DNA of 32,000 nucleotides from an uncultured delta proteobacterium (GCA_963710555.1 CAVQAT010000003.1:77672-109671); one strand, 5' to 3'. Numbered from the stretch's first letter, positions 17,079 through 26,929 are shown. Notes: a model not told the origin generated them from the letters alone. Numbers and translations: made by a program.

Positions 17079-18275
17079 CGCACTGTCCCGCTTGCCCACT
17101 CACTCTTTGATTGTGGTCGGTTCATTAGATGACTTTGTTTGGGCTAAGCCCGCGCAGCAAGGTCACTGCCGATGTTAAACTGTTTTGAATGTGGTTGTTT
17201 CGCGCGCGAGAGTGAAAATGATGAGCTGTTCAACTTGACTCACTTGCTCTGGGTGAGGGCTTCGCCCGCGTTTCTTAAACTGCTCCTCGATGATGCCATC
17301 GCACGCAGGGACGCATGGATTGAGTCGAAGTCCCCTCGCCTTTTTTCGGTTGATGTTCGCGCCGTCGTGGTACTTCCGCTTCAGTCGTCCGGTCGCAGGG
17401 CTTCTCGGGTGACGTTCGCGCCCTCGTGAAGGTTCAAATTTCGTCGAGCGTTGCGTGTGGTTTTCAAGACGCCTGCGCCATATGGGTTTCTACAGCTTGT
17501 CGGTCAACAAACTGCTGCGCCACTTTCGCCTCGCCGGGAGTTGCGGCCCTTCGGGCCGTTTCGGTGCTCTCCAAGGTAGCCTCTCCGAGGATTCTGAAGA
17601 GCGCGGGCTCGTGAATTTCGGGCGCTGAAGGGCGCTCAATGGAGAGGGCGTACTTTTTAAACAGTCTTTCGACCTTTCCGTGAGTGCGTCATCGCGGGCG
17701 GAACGCCCAGCTTTCAGCAGAATCTGTTGCGCCAACATTGCTCTGCATGAAGCGCGGTTCGCGGGCTGGTGAAGTCAACGTGCGACGGTCCTCGCGAAGC
17801 GGCGTTGTTTCATCGACTGGATGCGCGCTCTTTTCAGTCTTCGTTTTCCGCCAGTTTCGCTGGCAAGATCACTGCCTTTGCGCGGGCTCGTTCTGGGCAA
17901 GCTCTTCTGAACTGCTGAATCTGTGGTGCTAGTTGTCTTCGAACGGCCAGCGCGCTGGCAAATGATCACCGGCGCCTCAGACGCTTTCGCGAAGGAGTAG
18001 ATTTGTGCTGAGTCGTCGGCCAACTGCCGCTTTGGCGCCTGCAGAAAGCCCTTTAATTCCTGCTGAGCCCGATGTGGTCTCACGTCCTCGCGCGCTGAGG
18101 CCTCCTAAAACTTTTGGAGTCGGTCTAACTAGCCGCTGCTACCTGGCGGCGGCCGCAAACGCTTTCGCTTCGCTGAGAGTTGGCAGTTCGGCCGCCACCG
18201 GGCTTTCTCCCTTTTGTGGCGGCGGCCGTTCGGTGTAACCTGCAAGACCTCGCGCCGCAGTAGAGCGGCAAGGCG
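17073..18275 (+). mobile_element. integron cassette L3 (1203 bp), ORF-less L family
   Basis: Same module order as L1 and L2. Confidence 0.75.
17295..17530. repeat. phased ~59-bp degenerate tandem units in L3
   Basis: Units start at 17295, 17355, 17414 and 17471. Confidence 0.7.
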
Positions 18276-18281
18276 TTGGGC
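18123..18281 (+). other. attC-5 (type A, 159 bp), R'' GTCTAAC, R' GTTGGGC
   Basis: GTCTAACTAGCCGCTGCTACCTGGCGGCGG...GCGCCGCAGTAGAGCGGCAAGGC GTTGGGC. Confidence 0.85.
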
Positions 18282-18677
18282 AGAGAGAGGGGCAATGAAT
18301 ACGGCAAAGGTTATCGTCGTTCACACTCTTTGTTTCGCACGGTGCAGCCTGTCCGTTTTGGCCTAAAGAGATGTTGACTCACCATTTGGGTCATTGTCAT
18401 CACCAACAAGGTCCATGTGTCGTAAGTCAGTCCCGGTGCTTGATATCCGAATCGCTACATTGACCACCTCAAGATGAGGTTCAAATCTTCCCCCCCTAAG
18501 TGGTCTCGATTCGCTTGTCGTTCAGACCAGGACCGGCTAACTCTCAAGACCATTTGCCTGGCAATCCCTCCATGGAGTCTGCGCTGACCCGACAGCGAAC
18601 TGCAACGAGACCGAAGATGTTCAGGTATTCCTCGGCCAACGTGGTTGAGTCCTTAGATGCTGAACTAGAAAACTCAA

Positions 18678-19736
18678 ATGATCAAAACCAACTTGAAGAC
18701 CGGAACGCTCGTAATTGCTGTGGGCGTTCTGCTTCTCGCCGTCGCGTGTGGCAACAACTCCGTCGACGACAATAATGTTGACACCACAGGCGGGCAATCC
18801 TCGGACAGTACGTCTTCAGGTGGAAGTTCCAATGGAGGACAGACCTCCGACGGCGGAGAATCGGCGAGCGGCGGCTCTAGTGGTGGGACGGAAGGAAACG
18901 GCACCGGTGGCAAATTCGGCATTGGAGGCGATTCTTCTTCCGGTGGACAGGCAACGGGCGGTGCCGTCGGTGACCAACCCATTGGTACGTTGGGTGAGCC
19001 TTGTTCATCGCCAGGTGTGTTTGCCTGCGCAGATGTGAATCCCAAACTCGCCCTCTTGTGCGGAAGTGATAAACGCTGGGAGGCGCGGGAGACTTGTGAT
19101 GGTGACGAGCTCTGCGATTCGAACGAAGGCCCCGCACTGGGAACGTGCCGCTCGCAGCTTCCGGAATGCCAAGCGGGCACCGCTAAGTTTTGTGATGGTG
19201 ACGCGCTAGTTGTGGAATGCGCCGAGGGTGGGTTCGATACGCAGGTCGTTGAAGAGTGCGGAAGCGGCTTTGGCTGCCGCGATGGCTTCTGTGTGGGAGT
19301 CGATGACCCGTGTCCGGAGGACGCTGTGCGCATCGAGAATTGCACAGATGAGGCTTGCGGCACCAAGTCACCTCCACGTTGCTTTTCTTCATTAGACTGT
19401 GACTACGTACATGCTGGCGTCTCCGTGTACCCCACCGGCCAAGTTGCCTTTCGGCTCCCCTTCGAAGACCTGTGTTCCTCGAGCTGTGGTCATGCTCGCT
19501 ATGCGGTGACCTTCAGTTCAGTTGAAGGAATGGCGGCAAAGGTAACAGTGGGCCCGGGTTGGGGAATGTCGACAGTCGGTCCTAGTGCGTGCGACGACAT
19601 CGTCGAAAAGTGCATTGTGCTTCCACCGAACCAAGTTGATGAGAGTTGGATTTTGTATCTGACGCTCCTTGCCCAGCATGCCGTAACTCGCAACCTGATG
19701 GTCGAAGCTGTTCCGCCGGGTACCACGTGCGACTGA
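18678..19736 (+). CDS. cysteine-rich lipoprotein with a G/S-rich linker (unknown function)
   Basis: 352 aa. The lipobox is LLLAVACGNN. About 90 aa of G/S/T-rich linker follow. The C-terminal domain has regularly spaced Cys residues (CSSPGVFAC...CGSDKRWEARETCDGDELC...CRSQLPEC...FCDGD...VEC...CGSGFGCRDGFC). Confidence 0.75.
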   Translation: MIKTNLKTGTLVIAVGVLLLAVACGNNSVDDNNVDTTGGQSSDSTSSGGSSNGGQTSDGGESASGGSSGGTEGNGTGGKFGIGGDSSSGGQATGGAVGDQPIGTLGEPCSSPGVFACADVNPKLALLCGSDKRWEARETCDGDELCDSNEGPALGTCRSQLPECQAGTAKFCDGDALVVECAEGGFDTQVVEECGSGFGCRDGFCVGVDDPCPEDAVRIENCTDEACGTKSPPRCFSSLDCDYVHAGVSVYPTGQVAFRLPFEDLCSSSCGHARYAVTFSSVEGMAAKVTVGPGWGMSTVGPSACDDIVEKCIVLPPNQVDESWILYLTLLAQHAVTRNLMVEAVPPGTTCD

Positions 19737-19856
19737 TATAGTATCGTGAGTGAACTTCACCGATATCGAGAGACTTCAGACCTTCTAGACGCATCTTGCT
19801 ATTCGATTGATGACGTTATCTCCGATAGCTCGAACGTTCACGACAACTAAGCTCCT

Positions 19857-20012
19857 GCCCAACAAGCAATTGGTGACCGACGGCCACTGTCCGGGTCCTC
19901 GCTTCGCTGGAAGGTTTGCGTTCGGCGCTCGCTCCTTCCCCTTTGGGGATGAGCGCCGGTTGTCGTATGCTGTTGAGGCCTCAGGCCGCGGCACAATTGC
20001 AGGGCGTTGTGC
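19857..20012 (+). other. attC-6 (divergent, 156 bp), R'' GCCCAAC, R' GTTGTGC
   Basis: The arm AAGCAATTGGTGACCGACGGCC pairs with GGCCGCGGCACAATTGCAGGGC. The central part has the same stem-like layout. Confidence 0.7.
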
Positions 20013-21428
20013 TGATCTGGCCCGCTTGCCCGTCGACTTTTTCCGTCAAAGTGCAGTTGCGTTCATTGTTTGGAAGACGGCCCGCGCACTTGGGGTTGTT
20101 CGAGTTCACAATGTTTTCTTGAGAGAGCTTTCGCGCGCGATGAGTTGGACTGGAAACTGTTCGAATTGGCTCGACAGCTCTGACTGTGGGCTTCGCCCCC
20201 TTTCTCAAATTGCTCCTCGTTTGTGCTCGCGCCCTCGTGAAAGCCTGGATTGCATCGATGTAACCTCGACTCTTTCCAGCTGACGCTCGCGCCCCCGTGG
20301 AGTTTTGGATTGCGGCGACCTGGTCTCAAACTGTTCCGGATAACGCCCGCGACCTCAGCACGGCTTGGATTGAATCGAAGTTATCTCGTGTTCGGTTGGC
20401 TGACGTCCACGCCCTCCACAAGCTTCATTTCGCGACCTGCTAAGAAGGCATCAAGACATTCCCGCTGTGCTCGATCCACGGGCTCGCCTCGCCCGAATCT
20501 CGGCCCACCTGCTCGCCTCGCCTGTTGCCGATTTCGCCCTATTCATTTTTTGAGTGCGAAGTCATGACGATGACTGCAATCGCGTCGCTCCGGCAACACG
20601 CTCCTGACTTTTCGGGCTTCGCCCTCATTCCGCAATCTGAATCCGCCTCTTCTGGCGCGGGTCGTGGCTAAGTAACCACCGTTAGCATTCTCAAAATCTA
20701 GAGGTCCCAAAGCGCGGGCTCGTGAACTCGGGCGCTAAACGGCGCTCAAGAACTGACGAGCAATTCACCTTTTCGGGAAGAGAACATCGCGGGGAAGTGA
20801 GCACGTGGATTGTTGAATTGTCACCATTTGAGGTCGGCTGATTTTCCGAAGTGAAAGTTCCCGCTCACCTCGGAGTCCTTGCGTCATTCGCATATTTTGG
20901 TTTGGCCTTTTTTTCGGGCTGATCATTCCAGCTTGAACAGCCTCTTGTTAGTCGATGTCTTTCCGACGACTGACTGCGCGCTCGTGGCAGCGGACTTCGA
21001 GCAAGGTGAGAACCTTGCCATGACCGGATCCATTGCGCGGTCCCTGATTAAGGCAAGCTCTGCTGAACAGCTGAACTCGTGGTGGTTCAACGTCTTCGAC
21101 CGGCGAGCGCGCTTGCAAAGGACGACTGGCGCCTTCCCCTGCTCTTTCATGCTCAACAACTTTCTCCAAGACCACAAAGTCATCACAGCCAAGGCGCCGA
21201 ATCCACGCCTCCTACTCGTTGCTGCACTCGTCGTGGGTCGTTTTCTCGCGCGCTTTTGCCTGCAGGCATCGACGGCCACCACAACGAGAAATTGCTGCTG
21301 ACTACTGAGAGGTTTTCGCTGCGACGCCGGGTTTTGGTGCGGCCGCCACCGGGCTTTATTCCTTTTGTGGCGGCGGCCGGTCGGTGTAAACTGGTCGAGG
21401 CCCTGCTGGGCAGCAGAATTTCAGGGCG
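20007..21428 (+). mobile_element. integron cassette S1 (1422 bp), ORF-less S family
   Basis: Starts TTGTGCTGATCTGGCCCGCTTGCCC and ends with a type B attC. Paralogous to S2-S4 and homologous module by module to the L family. Confidence 0.75.
20225..20464. repeat. exactly phased 60-bp degenerate tandem units in S1
   Basis: Units start at 20225, 20285, 20345 and 20405, an exact 60-nt register. Example unit: GCTCGCGCCCTCGTGAAAGCCTGGATTGCATCGATGTAACCTCGACTCTTTCCAGCTGAC. Confidence 0.8.
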
Positions 21429-21434
21429 TTAGAC
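21279..21434 (+). other. attC-7 (type B, 156 bp), R'' CCACAAC, R' GTTAGAC
   Basis: CCACAACGAGAAATTGCTGCTGACTACTGAGAGG...CTGCTGGGCAGCAGAATTTCAGGGC GTTAGAC. Confidence 0.85.
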
Positions 21435-22630
21435 CGCACTTTCCCCCTTGCCCACTCACTCTTTGATTGTGGCCGGTTCATTAGATGACTTTGTTTGGGC
21501 TAAGACCGCGCAGCTAGGTCGTTGCCAAAGGCGCACTGTTTTGGATGTGGTTCTTTTCGCGCGCAAGGGCGAGAATGGCGAGCTGTTCAACTTGGCTTAC
21601 CTGCTCTGGGTGAGGACTTCGCCCGCTTTTCTTGAGTTGCTCCTCGATGATGCCATCGCACGCTGGGACACCTGGAAAGAGTCGATGTTACCTCGTCTCT
21701 TTCCGTATGATGTTCGCGCCTTTGTGGTGGTTCGCCTTCAATCAGCCAGACTCAGAGCTTTTCGGGTGACGTTCGCGCCCTCGTTGAGGTTTGAATTGCG
21801 TCGACTGTTGCTCGGATGGTCTCCAGACGCCCGCGCCATCTGGGTTCTACAGCTTGTCGGTCAGCAAACTGCTGCACCACTTTCGCCTCGCCGAGAGTTG
21901 CGGCCCTTCGGGCCGTTTCGGTGCTCTCGAAGCCAGCCTCTCCGAGGATTCTGAAGAGCGCGTGCTCGTGAATTTCGGGCGCTGAAGGGCGCTCAATGGC
22001 AAGGGCGTGCTTTTTGAAGAGGGTCTCGACCTTTTCGTGAATGCGTCATCGCGGGCGGAGCGCCCAGCTTTCATCAGAATCAGTTGCGCCAACATTGCTG
22101 TGCATGAAGTGCGTTTCGCGGGCTGGTGAAGTCAGCGTGCGGCTGTCCTCGTAGAGCGACGTTGTTTCATCGCCTGGATGCGCGCTCTTTCAGTCTTCGT
22201 TTTCTGCCAGTTTCGCTGGCAAGATCACTGCCTTGCGCGGGCTCGTTCTGGGCAAGCTCTTCTGAACTGATCAGCGCGTGGTGCTTGTTGTCTTCGAACG
22301 GCCAGCGCGCTGGCAAATGATCACCGGCGCCCTATCCGTTTTCGCGAAGTCACAGCGTTATTCTGAGTCTTCGGCCAAACGCCGGTTTGGCGCCTGCAGC
22401 TAGCCAGCTGATTTCTGCTGAGCCCACCGTGGTCTCACTTCCTCGCGCGCTGATGCCTCCTGAAACTGATGGAGTCGGTCTAACGAGCCGCTGCTACCTG
22501 ACGGCGGTCGTGAACGCTGTCGCTTCGCTGAAACTTGGTAGTTCGGCCGCCACCGGGCCATGTCCCTTTCGTCGCGGCGGCCGTTCGGGGTAACCTGAAA
22601 GGCCTCGCGCCGCAGTAGAGCGGCAAGGCG
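21429..22630 (+). mobile_element. integron cassette L4 (1202 bp), ORF-less L family
   Basis: Same module order as L1-L3. It lies immediately upstream of the SEFIR/TIR cassette. Confidence 0.75.
21652..21888. repeat. phased ~59-bp degenerate tandem units in L4
   Basis: Units start at 21652, 21712, 21771 and 21829. Confidence 0.7.
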
Positions 22631-22636
22631 TTAGCT
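22478..22636 (+). other. attC-8 (type A, 159 bp), R'' GTCTAAC, R' GTTAGCT
   Basis: Type A body. The crossover G is at 22630. Confidence 0.85.
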
Positions 22637-22643
22637 AGACACC

Positions 22644-24083
22644 ATGACAGCACCAAAACTCTTCATTTCCTATTGCTGGTCATCTCCCGATCATGAGCAG
22701 CGTGTGCTCGACCTCGCTACCGAACTTCGAGAATCGGGAGTTGAAGCAATTCTCGACAAGTGGGACCTACGCGAAGGGCAGGATGCCCATGCATTCATGG
22801 AATCAATGGTCACCGACCCCACTGTCACGAAGGTACTTCTGGTTTGTGACCTCGCATACGTAGAGAAGGCAAACTCACGTGCCGGTGGAGTAGGTATCGA
22901 AACACAGATTCTCACGCCGGAACTCTACAAGACCGTGGATCAAACAAAGTTCGTTGCTCTGGTGCTTGAGCGCGACGAGAACGGCAAGCCTCTGGTTCCA
23001 GCCTACTACAGCTCGCGAATTCACATCGACTACTCGGAATCGGCGAAGCAATCTGACTCGTTCGATCAACTCCTACGCTGGGCTTTCGACAAACCGCTTC
23101 ATCAAAAACCCAAACTGGGTACGATGCCCGTGTTTCTGGCGGACAATTCCGCTCCAACGATTAGTACTACCGCCGCATTGCGACGAGTTGTGCATGCGTT
23201 ACGCGAGGGCAGAGGAAACTGGTCCGCGCTCTGTACCGAATACCTAGAGGTCTTCGCGACCCAAATGGAAAATTTCCGAGTATCGGACCCAGAAGAACCC
23301 CGAGATGAGCCCTTCATGTCGAACATTGAAGCCTTTACTCCGTATCGAAATGAGGTCATCAGTCTGCTCGACGAAGTTGCACTGCATAAATCAGGAAGCT
23401 CGCTCGCCGATCTGCTTCATGAATTCTTTGAACGGATCCTCGGGTACAACTTCCGACCTCCAGGGACTGGCTCGTGGCGCGAGACAGACTTCGACAACTT
23501 TCGCTTCATCACTCACGAATTATTCCTCCTTACAATAGCGCTACTCGTTCGGCGAGACCGATTTGAAGAGGTGTCGAACCTACTTGATCGCGAGTATTAC
23601 TGTCCGGTCCTTGCGGATATGGGAAAGACTGACGTGCTCACGTTTCGAGCATTCCGAGGAAACATTCAGCTGCTAGATCATCGTAACGAACGGCTCAACT
23701 TGCATCGATTATCCCTTCACGCAGACACTTTGAAGAGCCGATGCGTCGACATCCCCGTAACCTTCCAGCAAATGATGCAGGTCGACTTTCTCCTCTTTCT
23801 TCGCGGTGCTTCGGAACCATCAGGATGGGGATTTGGATGGTGGCCCGCCACACTGGTGTATGCATCCGATAGCTTCGCTTCCAGGTTCGAAGTGTTTGCA
23901 CGCTCAAGATCAAAAAACTACTTCAGCAAGATTGCCCCGCTCTTAGGGGTCAAATCACTCGAGCAATTCAAGGAGACTGTCGTGCGCTTCCAGTCAGGCG
24001 AACTGAAGGCTCCGAAATGGCAATTTGAGACCTTGAACGTCGCCGCCCTTTGCGGGCTCGATGAACTCGGAATCCGCAGTTGA
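22644..24083 (+). CDS. SEFIR/TIR-like (STIR superfamily) domain protein with a ~340-aa C-terminal domain of unknown function; candidate anti-phage effector
   Basis: 479 aa. The N-terminal ~135 aa read KLFISYCWSSPDHEQRVLDLATELRESGVEAILDKWDLREGQDAHAFMESMV...VLLVCDLAYVEKANSRAGGVGIETQIL...KFVALVLERD. This matches the FISYSH...H..WV..L...L...G..V.LD.W and GGVG-x-E pattern of bacterial SEFIR/TIR-like domains. It is a single-gene cassette, with the ATG 14 nt after the G|TT crossover. Confidence 0.8.
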   Translation: MTAPKLFISYCWSSPDHEQRVLDLATELRESGVEAILDKWDLREGQDAHAFMESMVTDPTVTKVLLVCDLAYVEKANSRAGGVGIETQILTPELYKTVDQTKFVALVLERDENGKPLVPAYYSSRIHIDYSESAKQSDSFDQLLRWAFDKPLHQKPKLGTMPVFLADNSAPTISTTAALRRVVHALREGRGNWSALCTEYLEVFATQMENFRVSDPEEPRDEPFMSNIEAFTPYRNEVISLLDEVALHKSGSSLADLLHEFFERILGYNFRPPGTGSWRETDFDNFRFITHELFLLTIALLVRRDRFEEVSNLLDREYYCPVLADMGKTDVLTFRAFRGNIQLLDHRNERLNLHRLSLHADTLKSRCVDIPVTFQQMMQVDFLLFLRGASEPSGWGFGWWPATLVYASDSFASRFEVFARSRSKNYFSKIAPLLGVKSLEQFKETVVRFQSGELKAPKWQFETLNVAALCGLDELGIRS

Positions 24084-24118
24084 ACGAGAATCGTGCCACA
24101 ACGTCATTCTGAATCGCT

Positions 24119-24277
24119 AGCTAACTGGCCATTGCTACCTGACGGCAGGCGTGAAGGTTTTCGCTTCGACACAAGCTCATCGTTCGGCCGCCACTGGGTT
24201 TTCTCCCTTTGGTCGTGGCGGCCGGTCGGTGTATTCTGAAAGGCACAGCGCCGCAGTAGAATGGCAGGGCGTTAGAC
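24119..24277 (+). other. attC-9 (type A variant, 159 bp), R'' AGCTAAC, R' GTTAGAC
   Basis: GCTAACTGGCCATTGCTACCTGACGGCAGGCGT...GCGCCGCAGTAGAATGGCAGGGC GTTAGAC. Confidence 0.8.
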
Positions 24278-25583
24278 TGATCTGCCCCGCTTGCCCGCTA
24301 ACTTTTGATCGTCAGGGTTTGAGTTGATCATTCGTTTCATAGGCAGCCCGCGCAGCTGAGGTCGGTCGATCTCGCAATGTTTTCGTGAGGAAACTTTCGC
24401 GTGCGATCAGTTTGATTCAAAGCTGTGCAACTTCGCTCGATTGGTCTCGAATGGGAAGTCGCCCGTTTTCGTGATTGCTCATCGTTTGAGTCCGCGCCGG
24501 TCTCAGGAGCCCGACTTTGTCGTTGTACAATCGATGCGCCCAGCTGACGCCCGCGCCCAGCGAGCGTGGCATTGTCGCCGGGTTCCGACAACTTTCGTCT
24601 GATGCCCGCGCCGTCATGGAGCGTATTGGTTGGGTGGACTTGAGGGTTGCCTCGGGCCAGCAGACAGTTGCTGAGAGCACGAACGCTTCGATTTTCTTTC
24701 TTGTTTTGGTCGCCGTGAAGCCGAGTTGGTTGGCGTCGCCCTTCAGATTTGTAGCGGTGCAGGTTCAAAGGCAGGGACTGTTGTCTCTCGGCGCAGACGA
24801 CGGGCTCCTCTCGAAAGCGGGTTCGGTCCCTTCTGGCGCGGGCCAGCGGATTTCGGCGGCGCGGGCTCTTTGACTTGGGCGCTGAACGTCGCTCAATCAC
24901 CAACATGTTGTCGGCTTTTCGTGATCAGATCATCGCGAGGAAATGGGTTCGTGGATTGCTTCCGGTTTGCCAGTTTTTGGTGGTTGTTTTTTTCGAATTG
25001 ATGGTTCCCCGCTTCTGTCGCAAGCATCGATTTCACTTCTGTTTTTGTTTGGCCCAATTCACGGGCTTAGCTTGGTCAGCGTCCACTGCATCTCGCTGAT
25101 CGTCGGCGTCTCGCTGAATTGGCGTCGCGCTTTTGGTTGTTCACTGTTTCCTGAATAATGCTTTGCCGAACTGATCAAGGTCCGCGCGAGCTCTTGATTC
25201 GGGCAAGCTCTGCTGAACAGTTGAACTCGTGAGGGCAAAATGTCTTCGGCCGGCGTGCGCGCTTGCGAATGATCAGCGGCGCCTTCCCCTTCCCCGCGTC
25301 GGACCACTCACGTGCCAGATGTTTCGTGAAATAATCAGCTTGGCGCCTATTCCGTGCCTCCTGCTCGTCCCTTCACTCATCGTGGAAAGCTTTGTTGCGC
25401 GCAATGGCCTCCAGAAAAACTGATACGACAGTCTAACGAGCCGCTTCTACCTGACGGCGGTCGTGTAGGCTTTCGCTTCGCTGCAGCTTGGCAGTTCGGC
25501 CGCCACCGGGCTTTCTCCCTTTTGTGGCGGCGGCCGTTCGGGGTAACCTGAAACGCACAGCGCCGCAGTAGAGCGGCAAGGCG
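24272..25583 (+). mobile_element. integron cassette S2 (1312 bp), divergent ORF-less S-family member with a type A attC
   Basis: The leader is TTAGACTGATCTGCCCCGCTTGCCC. It has the same module order (CG palindrome region, phased units, GGCGCT-N4-GTCGCT, GGCAAGCTCTGCTGAACAGTTGAACTCGTG block) but is more diverged. Confidence 0.65.
24490..24660. repeat. phased ~55-59-bp degenerate tandem units in S2
   Basis: Units start at 24490, 24549 and 24604 (GTCCGCGCCGG..., GCCCGCGCCCAGCG..., GCCCGCGCCGTCATGGAG...). Confidence 0.6.
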
Positions 25584-25589
25584 TTGTGC
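25431..25589 (+). other. attC-10 (type A, 159 bp), R'' GTCTAAC, R' GTTGTGC
   Basis: Type A body. The crossover G is at 25583. Confidence 0.85.
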
Positions 25590-26923
25590 TGAGCTGGCCC
25601 GCTTGCCCCTCATCCTTTGACTGTGAAGGTTCGCTTGAACGATTTGTTAAGGAGGTGGCCCGCGCATTCGGATTCTTCCGAGGTCGCCATGTTTTCTTGG
25701 GAGAGTTTTCGCGCGCGATGAGTTCTACCCAAAAACTGTTTGTCTTGCCTGGACTGCTCTGAATGTGGGCTTCGCCCGCGTTCTTAAGTTGCTCCTCGTT
25801 TGTGCTCGCGCCCTCGTGGAGGCCTGGATTGTGTCAATGTAATCTCGTCTCTGTCCGGCTGACGCCCGCGCCCTCGTGGAGATGTGGATTGCGGCGATGT
25901 CGTCCCGACTCTTTTCGATTGACGCCCGCGCCCGCATCGCGCGTTTGGATTGAGTAGATGTAACTTTCAGGACGTCCCCGCCCTCTTTGAGTCTACATCT
26001 TGTCGTTCAAGCACATTGTGGCAGCTGGTTCCCTCGGCTAGTTGCTGCTTCCTGTAAGCGTTGGGTCGGTTTTTGGAATACTGCTGAAACAAATGTTTCT
26101 GCCGCCTCGAAACGCTTCTTTCGGCTGAGAAATCGCTGTTTATGTCGCGGACCGCGTACAAGTTAACGCCGTTAACTTGCTCAAAGGCTTGAGAATTCGA
26201 AAGCGCGGGCTCGGGACTCGGGCGCTGAGTGGCGCTCAAGGACCGATGAGCGTTTCACCTTTTCGTGAAGAGAGCCGCACGGGGACGTGAACTCGATGAT
26301 TGTGGAAGAGTCACCGTCGGAGTGACAGGTTTCTCCGAAGTGGAAGCCCCCGCTCATTGCGAAGGCGTTTGCAGGGTCGACTTCTTTTGTTTGGCCTGTT
26401 TCGCGGCCTGCCTTTTGCCAGCTTGAACAGCCTCTTGTCAGCCGACACCATTTCGAGGACTGATTGCGCGCTCTTGCGTCGCTTCTTTTGATCACGGCGA
26501 GGCTTTTGCCAAGACGGGTCCCCTTCTGCGCGGGCCCTTGAATTTGGGCAAGCTCTGCTGAACAGTTGAACTCGTGGTGGCTCAACGTCTTCGACCGGCG
26601 AGCGCGCTTGCAAAGGACGACTGGCGCCTTGCCCTGCTCTTTCATGCTCAACAACTTTTTCCGTGACCACAAAGTCATCACAGTCAAGGCGCCGAATCCA
26701 CGCCTCTTGCTCGTTGCTGCGCCCGTCGCAGGTCGTTTCCTCGCGCGCTTTTGCCTGCAGGCATCGACGGCCACCACAACGAGAAATTGCTGCTGACTAC
26801 TGAAAGGTTTTCGCTGCGACGCCGGCTTGTGGTGCGGCCGCCACCGGGCTTTATCCCTTTTGTCGCGGCGGCCGGTCGGTGTAAACTGGTCCAGGCCCTG
26901 CTGGGCAGCAGAATTTCAGGGCG
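25584..26923 (+). mobile_element. integron cassette S3 (1340 bp), ORF-less S family
   Basis: Paralog of S1 and S4. It has a 4-nt length difference relative to S1 inside the best candidate frame. Confidence 0.75.
25804..26020. repeat. phased 60-bp degenerate tandem units in S3
   Basis: Units start at 25804, 25864, 25924 and 25974. Units 1 and 2 share GC(T/C)CGCGCCCTCGTGGAG. Confidence 0.8.
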
Positions 26924-26929
26924 TTGTGC
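26774..26929 (+). other. attC-11 (type B, 156 bp), R'' CCACAAC, R' GTTGTGC
   Basis: Near-identical to attC-7 apart from the R' core tail. Confidence 0.85.

Noticed and set aside
14719-18324. Dozens of 60-126-aa ORFs on both strands inside cassettes L1-L3 (and likewise in L4, L5 and S1-S4, for example 21448..21954, 24337..24906, 26181..26777, 27655..28212)
   Set aside because: Frames are not conserved between paralogous copies: they carry frameshifts, indels not divisible by 3, and stops in some copies. Several overlapping frames are open at once. The peptides are R/S/P/A-rich, with no motifs, no signal peptides and no plausible start contexts. I treat them as GC-rich non-coding sequence, pending a formal coding test.
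18674-19366. 230-aa minus-strand ORF
   Set aside because: It is antisense to the lipoprotein gene, has P/S-rich low-complexity composition, and the plus-strand frame has a clear lipobox and Cys pattern.
20225-20464. CRISPR array interpretation of the 59-60-bp periodic units
   Set aside because: The would-be spacers are homologous between units and between cassettes, the repeats are degenerate, there are only 3-4 units, and no cas genes are present.
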